A stretch of DNA of 64,000 bases, taken from assembly GCF_963521865.1 (NCBI RefSeq), contig NZ_CAUQWY010000001.1:81865-145864 (forward strand), read 5' to 3'. A program made the translations under genes and the position numbers. The notes beneath the pieces were generated by a model that searched no databases, was not told the DNA's origin, and saw only the letters and a program-made list of their open reading frames with translations. Each line of letters starts with the position of its first letter. Within the stretch, counting starts at the first letter, position 1. Source of the DNA: an uncultured Streptococcus sp. Its GTDB lineage: Bacteria > Bacillota > Bacilli > Lactobacillales > Streptococcaceae. Below, one piece after another: positions 1-12,089 of the stretch.

Positions 1-1817
1 AAGGAAAACTTTCGGAACCAGAAGGGCAAAGAAATTTTGGTGGTTTTGACTACCAAGCCTATCTGAAGACGCAGGGAATTTACCAGATTATCAATATCAA
101 AAAAATCCAGTCACTTCAAAAGGTTAGCAGTTGGGATATAGGTGAAAACCTGTCCAGTTTACGCCGTAAGGCTGTAGTTTGGATTAAGACGCATTTTCCA
201 GACCCTATATGCAATTACATGACAGGGCTCTTGTTAGGACATCTGGACACCGACTTTGAGGAGATGAATGAGCTTTATTCTAGTCTAGGAATTATCCACC
301 TTTTTGCCTTGTCGGGTATGCAGGTAGGCTTTTTCATGGATGGATTTAAGAAACTTCTCTTGCGATTGGGCTTGACCCAAGAAAAGTTGAAATGGCTGAC
401 CTATCTCTTTTCCCTTATCTATGCAGGGCTGACAGGATTTTCAGCTTCGGTCATTCGCACTCTCTTACAAAAGTTACTGGCTCAACATGGTGTTAAGGGC
501 TTGGATAATTTTGCCTTGACTGTGCTTGTCCTCTTTATTATCATGCCCAACTTTTTCCTGACTACAGGAGGAGTTTTGTCCTGTGCTTATGCTTTTATCT
601 TGACCATGACCAGTAAAGAAGGGGAGGGGGTTAAGGCTATTGCTAGAGAAAGTCTAGTCATTTCCTTAGGAATATTGCCCATTCTATCCTTCTATTTTGC
701 AGAATTTCAACCTTGGTCCATCCTCTTGACCTTTGTCTTTTCCTTTCTATTTGACATTGTCCTCTTACCGCTCTTGTCTATCTTATTTGCCCTTTCCTTT
801 CTCTATCCAGTCATTCAGCTGAATTTTATCTTTGAATGGTTGGAAGGGATTATTCGCTTGGTATCACAGGTGGCAAGTAGACCGCTTGTCTTTGGACAAC
901 CTAATGCGTGGCTTTTAATTTTATTGTTAATTTCCTTGGCTTTAGTCTATGATTTGAGAAAAAACATTAAAAGGCTAGCAGTGTTGAGCTTATTGATTAC
1001 AGGTCTCTTTCTCCTGACCAAGCATCCACTGGAAAATGAAATTACCATGCTGGATGTGGGGCAAGGAGAAAGTATTTTCCTAAGGGATGTAACTGGGAAG
1101 ACCATTCTCATAGATGTAGGTGGCAAGGCAGAATCTGATAAGAAAATTGAAAAATGGCAAGAAAAGGCGACGACCAGCAATGCCCAGCGAACCTTGATTC
1201 CCTATCTCAAAAGTCGAGGAGTAGCCAAGATTGACCAGCTGATTTTGACAAATACGGACAAGGAACATGTTGGAGATTTGTGGGAGGTGACCAAGGCTTT
1301 TCATGTAGGGGAGATTTTAGTATCAAAAGGAAGTCTGAAACAGAAGGAATTTGTGGCAGAACTACAGGCGACTCAAACCAAGGTGCGCAGTGTGACAGCA
1401 GGAGAGAACTTGCCAATTTTTGGAAGTCAGTTAGAAGTCCTATCTCCAAGGAAAATTGGAGATCATGAAGATACTCTGGTTTTGTATGGAAAACTCTTGG
1501 ATAAGCACTTTCTCTTCACTGGAAATTTGGAGGAGAAAGGAGAGAAGGACATGCTGAAGCACTATCCTGACCTAGAGGTGGATGTTTTGAAAGCTAGCCA
1601 ACATGGCTCTAAAAAATCATCAAGTTCAGCCTTTCTAGAAAAACTCAAACCAGAGATGATTCTCATCTCAGTTGGAAAGAGCAATCGAACGAAACTACCC
1701 CATCAGGAAACCTTGACCCGACTGGAAGGTATCAATAGTAAAGTTTACCGAACTGATCAGCATGGAGCTATACGGTTAAAAGGGTGGAGAAGTTGGAAAA
1801 TTGAAACGGTTGGTTAA
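1..1817 (+). CDS. comEC: DNA uptake channel ComEC (CelB), 5'-truncated by the window edge
   Basis: Frame is open from base 3 (GKLSEPEGQRNFGGFDYQAYLK). Competence-domain motif IIHLFALSGMQV, multiple TM segments, C-terminal metallo-beta-lactamase-fold domain (LDVGQGES, LIDVGG). Confidence 0.95.
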   Translation, partial: GKLSEPEGQRNFGGFDYQAYLKTQGIYQIINIKKIQSLQKVSSWDIGENLSSLRRKAVVWIKTHFPDPICNYMTGLLLGHLDTDFEEMNELYSSLGIIHLFALSGMQVGFFMDGFKKLLLRLGLTQEKLKWLTYLFSLIYAGLTGFSASVIRTLLQKLLAQHGVKGLDNFALTVLVLFIIMPNFFLTTGGVLSCAYAFILTMTSKEGEGVKAIARESLVISLGILPILSFYFAEFQPWSILLTFVFSFLFDIVLLPLLSILFALSFLYPVIQLNFIFEWLEGIIRLVSQVASRPLVFGQPNAWLLILLLISLALVYDLRKNIKRLAVLSLLITGLFLLTKHPLENEITMLDVGQGESIFLRDVTGKTILIDVGGKAESDKKIEKWQEKATTSNAQRTLIPYLKSRGVAKIDQLILTNTDKEHVGDLWEVTKAFHVGEILVSKGSLKQKEFVAELQATQTKVRSVTAGENLPIFGSQLEVLSPRKIGDHEDTLVLYGKLLDKHFLFTGNLEEKGEKDMLKHYPDLEVDVLKASQHGSKKSSSSAFLEKLKPEMILISVGKSNRTKLPHQETLTRLEGINSKVYRTDQHGAIRLKGWRSWKIETVG

Positions 1818-1852
1818 TAAACACAAACTTTTCAAAAAAATAACTTTTTATC

Positions 1853-1881
1853 TTGACAAGGGCTAGAAAACTTGGTATCAT
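1853..1881 (+). promoter_or_regulatory. sigma-A promoter of the infC operon
   Basis: TTGACA, 17 bp spacer, TATCAT with extended TG. Confidence 0.8.
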
Positions 1882-1889
1882 ATAAAAGT

Positions 1890-2020
1890 TGAGAAAAGCA
1901 GAAGTGAGAGCTTCTCGCCTTGTGACATTAAGTTGCCTGGCCCTACGGATGAAAAGTTTCTAAGAAACGCTATCATAACGTGCGGGCTTGTATATTTACG
2001 AGTCCGCTATTGTTTTTCTC
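1890..2020 (+). ncRNA. L20 leader (autoregulatory RNA of infC-rpmI-rplT)
   Basis: Lies between the promoter and infC. Contains GCAGAAG...CTTCTC and a terminator-like hairpin GCGGGCTTGTA-TATT-TACGAGTCCGC followed by a T tract. Boundaries approximate. Confidence 0.75.
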
Positions 2021-2045
2021 TAATAAAACAAAAGAGGTGAAAACC

Positions 2046-2567
2046 ATAGCAAAGCAAGACTTATTCATCAATGATGAGATTCGTGTACGTGAAGTTCGCT
2101 TGATTGGTCTTGAAGGAGAACAGCTAGGCATCAAGCCACTCAGTGAAGCGCAAGCTTTGGCTGATAACGCTAATGTTGACCTAGTATTGATTCAACCCCA
2201 AGCCAAACCGCCTGTTGCAAAAATTATGGACTACGGTAAGTTCAAATTTGAGTACCAGAAGAAGCAAAAAGAACAACGTAAAAAACAAAGTGTTGTTACC
2301 GTGAAAGAAGTTCGTCTAAGTCCAACTATTGACAAGGGTGACTTTGATACAAAACTTCGCAATGCACGCAAATTCCTTGAAAAAGGAAATAAAGTTAAGG
2401 TATCTATTCGCTTTAAGGGTCGTATGATTACCCATAAAGAGATTGGTGCAAAAGTTTTAGCCGAGTTTGCTGAAGCAACTCAAGATATTGCCATCATCGA
2501 ACAACGTGCTAAAATGGATGGACGTCAAATGTTCATGCAATTGGCGCCAGCGACTGACAAAAAATAA
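2046..2567 (+). CDS. infC: Translation initiation factor IF-3, probable ATA start
   Basis: [14 protein letters not shown] and [11 protein letters not shown] motifs. SD GAGGTG at 2034-2039 lies 6 nt before an in-frame ATA. Confidence 0.95.
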
Positions 2568-2599
2568 TTGTCAGAAAGTTAAATAAAGGAGAAAAAATC

Positions 2600-2800
2600 A
2601 TGCCAAAACAAAAAACACACCGCGCATCAGCTAAACGTTTCAAACGTACAGGTTCTGGTGGACTTAAACGTTTCCGTGCTTACACTTCTCACCGTTTCCA
2701 CGGAAAAACTAAGAAACAACGTCGTCATCTTCGTAAAGCATCTATGGTGCATTCAGGAGATTACAAACGTATCAAAGCAATGCTTACTCGCTTGAAATAA
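2600..2800 (+). CDS. rpmI: 50S ribosomal protein L35
   Basis: [20 protein letters not shown]; position in the operon. Confidence 0.98.
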   Translation: MPKQKTHRASAKRFKRTGSGGLKRFRAYTSHRFHGKTKKQRRHLRKASMVHSGDYKRIKAMLTRLK

Positions 2801-2851
2801 TAGCTTAACTGTAAGTAAAGAATTCTAGGAAATATTTGGAGGAAATAAAAC

Positions 2852-3211
2852 ATGGCACGTGTTAAAGGTGGCGTTGTATCACGCAAACGTCGTAAACGTA
2901 TTCTTAAATTAGCAAAAGGTTACTATGGAGCTAAACACATCTTGTTCCGTACTGCAAAAGAACAAGTAATGAACTCTTACTACTATGCATACCGTGACCG
3001 TCGTCAGAAAAAACGTGACTTCCGCAAATTGTGGATCACTCGTATCAACGCGGCAGCTCGTATGAACGGACTTTCATACTCGCAATTGATGCATGGATTG
3101 AAATTGGCTGAGATCGAAGTTAACCGTAAAATGCTTGCTGACTTGGCTGTTAACGATGCAGCAGCTTTCACAGCTCTTGCAGATGCAGCTAAAGCAAAAC
3201 TTGGTAAATAA
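2852..3211 (+). CDS. rplT: 50S ribosomal protein L20
   Basis: MARVKGG and [13 protein letters not shown] motifs. Confidence 0.98.
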   Translation: MARVKGGVVSRKRRKRILKLAKGYYGAKHILFRTAKEQVMNSYYYAYRDRRQKKRDFRKLWITRINAAARMNGLSYSQLMHGLKLAEIEVNRKMLADLAVNDAAAFTALADAAKAKLGK

Positions 3212-3219
3212 TAACAGAT

Positions 3220-3250
3220 AAGACTGGAACAGGATTGTCCCAGTCTTTTT
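3220..3250 (+). terminator. Intrinsic terminator after rplT
   Basis: AAGACTGG...CCAGTCTT stem followed by a T run. Confidence 0.7.
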
Positions 3251-3269
3251 AAAAATAAAGGAGAAAAAT

Positions 3270-3650
3270 ATGGCTTCAAAAATGCTACACACTTGCTTAC
3301 GCGTAGAAAATCTTGAGAAATCAATTGCGTTCTATCAAGATGCTTTTGGGTTTAAAGAATTGCGTCGCAGAGATTTTCCAGACCATGCCTTCACGATTGT
3401 TTATCTAGGTCTTGAGGGTGACGACTACGAGTTGGAGTTGACTTATAACTACGATCATGGTCCTTATGTGGTTGGAGATGGATTTGCCCATATCGCCCTA
3501 AGTACACCTGATCTTGAGGCGCTTCATCAAGAGCATAGTGCCAAAGGCTATGAAGTGACTGAGCCAAATGGTTTACCAGGAACTGCACCTAACTATTACT
3601 TTGTCAAAGACCCTGATGGCTACAAGGTCGAAGTCATTCGTGAAAAATAA
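3270..3650 (+). CDS. gloA: Lactoylglutathione lyase (glyoxalase I)
   Basis: MLHTCLRVENLEKSIAFY, ELELTYN, FVKDPDGYKVEVI. Confidence 0.92.
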   Translation: MASKMLHTCLRVENLEKSIAFYQDAFGFKELRRRDFPDHAFTIVYLGLEGDDYELELTYNYDHGPYVVGDGFAHIALSTPDLEALHQEHSAKGYEVTEPNGLPGTAPNYYFVKDPDGYKVEVIREK

Positions 3651-3657
3651 TCTCGTG

Positions 3658-3713
3658 AGGTCAAGTAGAATGTTCGTTTTCTACTTGACTTTTTTTAGCT
3701 GAAAGAGTATACT
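3658..3713 (+). promoter_or_regulatory. gloA terminator overlapping the -35 of the pyrK promoter
   Basis: Hairpin GTCAAGTAGAA/TTCTACTTGAC plus T run; TTGACT (3685), 17 bp spacer, TATACT (3708). Confidence 0.75.
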
Positions 3714-3719
3714 AATAAA

Positions 3720-3895
3720 AATTTAACCTTTAAGGGGAGTCCAGAGAGACTCACAAGGTGTCAGATAAAAGAATAGTACAATTTTCTAGAGGAGACTTTT
3801 TGAGTGTGCTCTCTTGTGTTGTACGATTTTAACTGAGGCCTTGCACTAGCAAGGTCTTTTCTTTATCTGGTCCCCTTAAAATTTAAGGAGGAAAA
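3720..3895 (+). ncRNA. PyrR-binding attenuator leader
   Basis: AGTCCAGAGAGACT (3738-3751) resembles the PyrR binding-loop consensus. Terminator GGCCTTGC-ACTA-GCAAGGTC-TTTT lies upstream of the pyr genes. Confidence 0.85.
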
Positions 3896-3898
3896 GTC

Positions 3899-5648
<1,750 letters not shown>

Positions 5649-5746
5649 ACTGCAATCAATCTGTTCTTGATTTTTTATCAGTTTGTAATGTTGATTATAG
5701 AGAATTTTGATATAATGAAATGAGTAAGAACAGAGGAAGAAGGTTA

Positions 5747-7459
5747 ATGAAGAAAGTAAGATTTATTTTTTTAGCCCTGCTATTTTTCTTAGTTAGACCA
5801 GAGAGTGCAATGGCTAGCGAAGGTACTTGGCAAGGAAAACAATACCTGAAAGCAGATGGTAGTCAAGCAGCCAATGAGTGGGTTTTTGATGCTCATTATC
5901 AATCTTGGTTTTATATAAAAGCAGATGCCAACTATGCTGAAAATGAATGGCTGAAACAAGGTGACAACTATTTTTACCTCAAATCTGGTGGCTATATGGC
6001 CAAGTCAGAATGGGTAGAAGACAAGGGAGTCCTCTATTATCTTGACCAAAATGGAAAGATGAAAAGAAATGCTTGGCTAGGAACTTCCTATGTTGGTGCA
6101 ACAGGTGCCAAAGTAATTGAAGACTGGGTCTATGATTCTCAATACGATGCTTGGTTTTATATCAAAGCAGATGGCCAACACGCAGAGAAAGAATGGCTTC
6201 AAATCAAGGGCAAGGACTATTATTTTAAATCTGGCGGTTATTTGCTAACAAGTCAGTGGATTGATCAGGCTTATGTGAATGCTAGTGGTGCCAAAGTACA
6301 GCAAGGTTGGCTTTTTGACAAACAATACCAATCTTGGTTTTACATCAAAGAAAATGGGAATCATGCTGAGAAAGAATGGATTTTCGAAAATGGTCACTAT
6401 TATTATCTCAAATCTGGTGGCTATATGGCAGCAAATGAATGGATTTGGAATAAGGAATCTTGGTTTTATCTCAAATCTGATGGGAAAATGGCTGAGAAAG
6501 AATGGCTATACGATGCTAAAAGTCAAGCCTGGTACTACTTCAAATCTGGCGGCTATATGGCGAAAAATGAGATAGTAGATGGTTATCAGCTTGGAAGTGA
6601 TGGTAAATGGCATGGAGAAAAAGCTACAAATGAAAATGCTGCTTACTATCAAGTAGTTCCTGTCACAGCAAATGTTTATAATGCAGATGGTGAAAAGCTC
6701 TCCTATATATCACAAGGTAGTGTCGTCTGGCTAGATAATGATAGAAAAAGTGATGACAAGCGCCTGGCTATTACTATTTCTGGTTTGTCAGGTTATATGA
6801 AAACAGAAGATTTACAAGCACTAGATGCCAGCAAGGATTTTATCCCTTATTATGAGAGTGATGGGCACCGTTTTTATCACTATGTGGCCCAGAATGCTAG
6901 TATCCCAGTAGCTTCTCATCTTTCTGATATGGAAGTAGGCAAGAAATATTATTCGGCAGATGGCCTGCATTTTGATGGTTTTAAGCTTGAGAATCTCTTC
7001 CTTTTCAAAGATTTAACAGAACCTACAAACTATAGTGCTGAGGATTTGGATAAGGTATTTAGTCTGTTAAATATTGACAATAGTCTCTTGGAAAATAAGG
7101 GAGCTACCTTTAAGGAAGCCGAAGAACATTATCATATCAATGCCCTCTACCTCCTTGCTCATAGTGCCTTAGAAAGTGACTGGGGACGTAGCAATATTGC
7201 CAAAGATAAGAATAATTTCTTTGGAATTACAGCCTATGATACGACCCCGTACCTTTCTGCCAAGACATTTGATGATGTGGATAAGGGAATTTTAGGTGCA
7301 ACAAAGTGGATTAAGGAAAATTATATCGATAGGGGCAGAACTTTCCTTGGAAACAAGGCGTCTGGTATGAATGTTGAATATGCCTCAGACCCTTATTGGG
7401 GCGAAAAAATTGCTAGTGTGATGATGAAAATCAATGAGAAACTAGGTGGCAAAGATTAG
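5747..7459 (+). CDS. lytB: Choline-binding endo-beta-N-acetylglucosaminidase LytB
   Basis: Signal peptide, choline-binding repeats (W.Y....G.MA..EW) and a C-terminal GH73 domain (AHSALESDWG, NNFFGI, YASDPYWG). Confidence 0.93.
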   Translation: MKKVRFIFLALLFFLVRPESAMASEGTWQGKQYLKADGSQAANEWVFDAHYQSWFYIKADANYAENEWLKQGDNYFYLKSGGYMAKSEWVEDKGVLYYLDQNGKMKRNAWLGTSYVGATGAKVIEDWVYDSQYDAWFYIKADGQHAEKEWLQIKGKDYYFKSGGYLLTSQWIDQAYVNASGAKVQQGWLFDKQYQSWFYIKENGNHAEKEWIFENGHYYYLKSGGYMAANEWIWNKESWFYLKSDGKMAEKEWLYDAKSQAWYYFKSGGYMAKNEIVDGYQLGSDGKWHGEKATNENAAYYQVVPVTANVYNADGEKLSYISQGSVVWLDNDRKSDDKRLAITISGLSGYMKTEDLQALDASKDFIPYYESDGHRFYHYVAQNASIPVASHLSDMEVGKKYYSADGLHFDGFKLENLFLFKDLTEPTNYSAEDLDKVFSLLNIDNSLLENKGATFKEAEEHYHINALYLLAHSALESDWGRSNIAKDKNNFFGITAYDTTPYLSAKTFDDVDKGILGATKWIKENYIDRGRTFLGNKASGMNVEYASDPYWGEKIASVMMKINEKLGGKD

Positions 7460-7485
7460 TCCTATAATTGAATATGATTTGTGTA

Positions 7486-7639
7486 TAATACTCAATGAAA
7501 ATCAAAGAGCAAACTAGGAAACTAGCCGCAGGTTGCTCAAAACACTGTTTTGAGGTTGTAGATAAGACTGACGAAGTCAGTCACATATATACGGCAAGGT
7601 GACGTTGACGTGGTTTGAATTTGATTTTCGAAGAGTATA
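7486..7639 (+). repeat. BOX element (boxA-boxB-boxC)
   Basis: ATACTCAATGAAAATCAAAGAGCAAACTAGG...GATTTTCGAAGAGTAT, closely matching the copy at 27118-27271. Confidence 0.93.
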
Positions 7640-7666
7640 AGCTAAAAATCCTGATTTCAAGTCGAA

Positions 7667-9322
7667 TCAGGATTTTTTCATGGATGCGATTTTTTCTGGG
7701 TCTGGTGTGACGCGGAGGGTCTTTTGTCCTGTGTAAGTGACAAAGCCAGGTTTTCCACCAGTTGGTTTGTTGAGTTTCTTGACTTCAATCATATCTACCT
7801 GGACCAGATTTGACAGGCGACCCTGAGAGAAGTAGGCGGCCAGTTCTGCCGCGTCTGTCTTTACTTCATCAGATGGGTCAAGATTGCCTGAGATGACGAT
7901 GTGGCTTCCAGGGATGTCCTTGGCATGGAACCAGAGTTCCTCCTTGCGAGCCATTTTAAAGGTTAGCTCCTCATTTTGTAGGTTGTTGCGACCGACATAG
8001 ATGATGGTCTTGCCATCACTGGCCAGGTACTGTTCTGGTTTTTTGCGTTTCTGGATTTTTTCTCGCTGTCTTCTGCGGATAAAGCCGGTTTGAATCAATT
8101 CTTCACGGATTTCAGTGATTTCTTCCAGCCCAGCTTGGTTGAGGACGGTTTCTACACTTTCCAGATAGAGAATAGTGGCCTTGGTTTCCTCAATCAGATC
8201 AGTCAAGTATTTGACAGCTTCTTTTAATTTCTGATAACGTTTAAAGTAGCGTTGGGCATTCTGGTTGGGAGTCAAGGCCTTATCAAGCGCAATGGTGATA
8301 GGTTGGTTGGTATAGTAGTTGTCTAGGATAACCTGGTCTTGGTCGTTAGGCACTTGATGGAGGAAGGTTGTTAGCAATTCCCCTTTTTGGCGAAATTCTT
8401 CAGCATTGTCTGTCGCTAGTAATTCTTTTTCCTGTTTTTTGAGTTTGTGGCGGTTTTTCTGAAGTTCATTTTCAACACGACGAATGAGTTCACTGGCTTG
8501 CTGTTTGACACGGTCTCGCTCAGCCTTGTCCTTGTAGTAGGTGTCCAACAAATCAGAAAGACTGGCAAAAGGCTCTCCCACCTGATTGGCAAAAGGAACT
8601 GGACTGAAGGAAGTCTCAGTCAAGCATGGCTGGGTTTCTTGACTGAAAAATTCACGGAAAGTAGATAGTTTATCACTAACCAGAATCTTTTCCAATTCGT
8701 TTGCCGTATCGCGTCCTAGACCTTGAAAGAGACTTTGAAGATGTTTAGCTGTCGTTTCCTGTGTTTGCAGGATTTCAAAAAGTTTCTCGTCCTTGACCGT
8801 GAAAGGATTGTGCGATTCCGTGCTTGGCGGAGCGATATAGGTCGATCCAGGAAGTAAGGTGCGGTAGCTATTTTGTGAAAAGCCGACGTGTTTGATAACT
8901 TCGAGGATTTTATGACTACTTTTATCGACCAGTAGAATATTACTGTGTTTCCCCATAATTTCGATAATCAAGGTAGCCTGAATATGGTCTCCAATCTCGT
9001 TTTTATTGGAAACTGTCATTTCCACAATACGGTCATTTTCCACTTGCTCAATCGATTCAATCAGGGCACCCTGCAAATACTTTCTCAAAACCATGATAAA
9101 GGTAGAAGGTTGGGCTGGATTTTCAAAAGTCGTTTGGGTCAGCTGAATGCGTCCAAAAACTGGGTGAGCAGAAAGGAGCAGGCGATGACTTTGGCGATTG
9201 CTGCGGATTTGCAAGACCAACTCTTGTTCAAAAGGCTGATTGATTTTCTGGATGCGACCGTTCACTAACTCTCTTCGCAATTCCTCAACCATGTGGTGTA
9301 AAAAAAATCCGTCAAATGACAT
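7667..9322 (-). CDS. pavA: PavA/FbpA fibronectin-binding protein (RqcH/NEMF-family ribosome quality-control factor)
   Basis: MSFDGFFLHH start; ENDRIV, EIMGKHSN, GRNNLQNEELT and WFHAKDIPGSH motifs. Confidence 0.95.
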   Translation of the reverse strand: MSFDGFFLHHMVEELRRELVNGRIQKINQPFEQELVLQIRSNRQSHRLLLSAHPVFGRIQLTQTTFENPAQPSTFIMVLRKYLQGALIESIEQVENDRIVEMTVSNKNEIGDHIQATLIIEIMGKHSNILLVDKSSHKILEVIKHVGFSQNSYRTLLPGSTYIAPPSTESHNPFTVKDEKLFEILQTQETTAKHLQSLFQGLGRDTANELEKILVSDKLSTFREFFSQETQPCLTETSFSPVPFANQVGEPFASLSDLLDTYYKDKAERDRVKQQASELIRRVENELQKNRHKLKKQEKELLATDNAEEFRQKGELLTTFLHQVPNDQDQVILDNYYTNQPITIALDKALTPNQNAQRYFKRYQKLKEAVKYLTDLIEETKATILYLESVETVLNQAGLEEITEIREELIQTGFIRRRQREKIQKRKKPEQYLASDGKTIIYVGRNNLQNEELTFKMARKEELWFHAKDIPGSHIVISGNLDPSDEVKTDAAELAAYFSQGRLSNLVQVDMIEVKKLNKPTGGKPGFVTYTGQKTLRVTPDPEKIASMKKS

Positions 9323-9352
9323 CGTTCTCTCCTTGTGATTGTATTCCATAGT

Positions 9353-9397
9353 ATTATATCAAAAAGGTAGAATAAAATCATGGAAATGTGGTATAAT
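9353..9397. promoter_or_regulatory. Divergent extended -10 promoters of pavA and ybeY
   Basis: TGATATAAT on the minus strand (9361-9353) and TGTGGTATAAT on the plus strand (9387-9397). Confidence 0.65.
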
Positions 9398-9426
9398 AAA
9401 GCCAAGTAAAGAGAAACGAGAAGCAC

Positions 9427-9924
9427 ATGTATATTGAAATGATAGATGAAACTGGTCAAGTTTCAAAAGAAATGTTGCAACAAACCCAAGAAATTTTGGA
9501 ATTTGCAGCCCAAAAATTAGGCAAAGAAGACAAGGAGATGGCAGTTACCTTTGTGACCAATGAACGTAGTCATGAACTTAATCTGGAGTACCGTGACACC
9601 GACCGTCCGACAGATGTTATCAGCCTTGAATATAAACCAGAGTTGGAAATTGCCTTTGACGAAGAGGATTTACTTGAAAATCCAGAATTGGCAGAGATGA
9701 TGTCTGAGTTTGATGCCTATATTGGGGAATTGTTCATCTCTATCGATAAGGCACATGAGCAGGCCGAGGAATATGGCCATAGCTTTGAGCGTGAGATGGG
9801 CTTCTTGGCAGTACACGGCTTTTTACATATCAACGGCTATGATCACTACACTCCGGAAGAAGAAGCGGAGATGTTCGGTTTACAAGAAGAAATTTTGACA
9901 GCCTATGGACTCACAAGACAATAA
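9427..9924 (+). CDS. ybeY: rRNA maturation endoribonuclease YbeY
   Basis: PTDVIS and [11 protein letters not shown] motifs. Confidence 0.97.
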   Translation: MYIEMIDETGQVSKEMLQQTQEILEFAAQKLGKEDKEMAVTFVTNERSHELNLEYRDTDRPTDVISLEYKPELEIAFDEEDLLENPELAEMMSEFDAYIGELFISIDKAHEQAEEYGHSFEREMGFLAVHGFLHINGYDHYTPEEEAEMFGLQEEILTAYGLTRQ

Positions 9925-10300
9925 ACGAAAATGGAAAAATCGTGACCTGATATCCAGTTTAGAATTTGCTCTCACAGGGATTTTTACTGCTATCAAGGAA
10001 GAACGCAATATGCGAAAACATGCAGTGACGGCTCTAGTAGTCATCCTTGCAGGTTTTATTTTTCAGGTATCACGAATCGAATGGCTCTTTCTCCTATTGA
10101 GCATTTTCTTGGTAGTAGCCTTTGAAATTATCAATTCTGCTATTGAAAATGTGGTGGATTTGGCCAGTCACTATCACTTTTCCATGCTGGCTAAAAATGC
10201 CAAGGATATGGCGGCTGGCGCGGTATTAGTGGTCTCTCTTTTCGCAGCCTTAACAGGCGCATTGATTTTTCTCCCACGAATCTGGGATTTATTATTTTAA
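9905..10300 (+). CDS. dgkA: Diacylglycerol/undecaprenol kinase
   Basis: [12 protein letters not shown] and AKDMAAGAV; ybeY-dgkA-era synteny. Confidence 0.93.
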   Translation: MDSQDNKRKWKNRDLISSLEFALTGIFTAIKEERNMRKHAVTALVVILAGFIFQVSRIEWLFLLLSIFLVVAFEIINSAIENVVDLASHYHFSMLAKNAKDMAAGAVLVVSLFAALTGALIFLPRIWDLLF

Positions 10301-10316
10301 ACAGTAAGAGGAAATT

Positions 10317-11216
10317 ATGACTTTTAAATCAGGCTTTGTAGCCATTTTAGGACGTCCCAATGTTGGGAAGTCAACTTTTTTAAACCACGTCATGGGGCAA
10401 AAGATTGCCATCATGAGTGACAAGGCGCAGACAACGCGCAATAAAATCATGGGAATTTACACGACTGATAAGGAGCAAATCGTCTTTATCGACACACCAG
10501 GGATTCACAAACCTAAAACGGCCCTTGGAGATTTCATGGTAGAATCTGCCTATAGCACCCTTCGTGAAGTGGATACTGTTCTTTTCATGGTACCTGCTGA
10601 TGAGGCGCGTGGTAAGGGCGATGATATGATTATCGAGCGTCTCAAGGCTACCAAGGTTCCAGTGATTTTGGTGGTGAACAAGATTGATAAGGTCCATCCA
10701 GACCAGCTCTTGTCTCAGATCGATGACTTCCGTAATCAAATGGACTTTAAGGAAATTGTACCAATCTCAGCCCTTCAAGGAAATAACGTCTCTCGTCTAG
10801 TGGATATTTTGAGTGAAAATCTGGATGAAGGTTTTCAATATTTCCCGTCTGATCAAATTACAGACCATCCAGAGCGTTTCTTGGTTTCAGAAATGGTTCG
10901 CGAGAAAGTCTTGCACCTAACTCGTGAAGAGATTCCGCATTCTGTCGCAGTAGTTGTGGATTCTATGAAACGAGACGAAGAGACAGACAAGGTTCACATC
11001 CGTGCTACTATTATGGTCGAGCGCGATAGTCAGAAAGGGATTATCATTGGTAAAGGTGGTGCTATGCTTAAGAAAATTGGTAGTATGGCCCGTCGTGATA
11101 TCGAACTTATGCTAGGAGATAAGGTCTTCCTAGAAACTTGGGTCAAGGTCAAGAAAAACTGGCGCGATAAGAAGCTAGATTTGGCTGACTTTGGCTATAA
11201 TGAAAAAGAATACTAA
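10317..11216 (+). CDS. era: GTPase Era
   Basis: [17 protein letters not shown] and a KH domain (IIIGKGG). Confidence 0.98.
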   Translation: MTFKSGFVAILGRPNVGKSTFLNHVMGQKIAIMSDKAQTTRNKIMGIYTTDKEQIVFIDTPGIHKPKTALGDFMVESAYSTLREVDTVLFMVPADEARGKGDDMIIERLKATKVPVILVVNKIDKVHPDQLLSQIDDFRNQMDFKEIVPISALQGNNVSRLVDILSENLDEGFQYFPSDQITDHPERFLVSEMVREKVLHLTREEIPHSVAVVVDSMKRDEETDKVHIRATIMVERDSQKGIIIGKGGAMLKKIGSMARRDIELMLGDKVFLETWVKVKKNWRDKKLDLADFGYNEKEY

Positions 11217-11264
11217 GTAGAGGTGGGCTCATGCCTGCTTCTTGTTTTTACAGAAGGAGGATTT

Positions 11265-12089
11265 ATGCCTGAATTACCTGAGGTTGAAACCGTTCGTCGT
11301 GGCTTAGAAAAATTGATTTTGGGAAAGAAGATTTCGAGTGTAGAAATTCGCTATCCCAAGATGATTAAGACAGATTTGGACGAGTTTCAAAAGGAAGTGC
11401 CTGGTCAGATTGTTGAGTCAATGGGACGTCGTGGCAAATATTTGCTTTTCTACCTGACAGACAAGGTCTTGATTTCCCATCTGCGGATGGAGGGCAAGTA
11501 TTTTTACTATCCAGACCAAGCACCTGAACGTAAGCATGCCCATATTTTCTTCCAGTTTGAGGACGGTGGCACGCTTGTTTATGAGGATGTACGCAAGTTT
11601 GGTACTATGGAACTCTTGGCTCCTGACCTTTTGGAAGCCTACTTTATTGCTAAAAAATTAGGTCCTGAACCAAGCGAACAAGACTTTGATGTGCAGGTCT
11701 TTCAAGTAGCTCTAGATAAGTCTAAAAAGCCTATCAAATCCCATCTTTTAGACCAGACTTTGGTAGCTGGACTTGGCAATATCTATGTGGATGAGGTTCT
11801 CTGGCGAGCTCAGGTTCATCCAGCCAGACCTTCCCAGACTTTGACAGCCGCAGAAGCGACAGCTATTCATGACCAGACCATTGCTGTATTGGGACAGGCT
11901 GTTGAAAAAGGTGGGTCTACCATTCGGACCTATACCAATGCCTTTGGAGAAGATGGAACCATGCAGGATTTTCATCAGGTCTATGACAAGGCTGGTCAAG
12001 AATGTTCACGTTGTGGCACCATCATTGAGAAAATCCAACTAGGTGGACGAGGCACCCATTTTTGTCCTCAATGCCAAAGGAGGAATTGA
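11265..12089 (+). CDS. mutM: Formamidopyrimidine-DNA glycosylase
   Basis: [10 protein letters not shown]-terminus, [10 protein letters not shown]-terminal zinc finger. Confidence 0.97.
   Translation: MPELPEVETVRRGLEKLILGKKISSVEIRYPKMIKTDLDEFQKEVPGQIVESMGRRGKYLLFYLTDKVLISHLRMEGKYFYYPDQAPERKHAHIFFQFEDGGTLVYEDVRKFGTMELLAPDLLEAYFIAKKLGPEPSEQDFDVQVFQVALDKSKKPIKSHLLDQTLVAGLGNIYVDEVLWRAQVHPARPSQTLTAAEATAIHDQTIAVLGQAVEKGGSTIRTYTNAFGEDGTMQDFHQVYDKAGQECSRCGTIIEKIQLGGRGTHFCPQCQRRN

Noticed and set aside
1980..2045. Long infC start at GTG 1980
   Set aside because: It lies within the L20 leader hairpin and has no SD.
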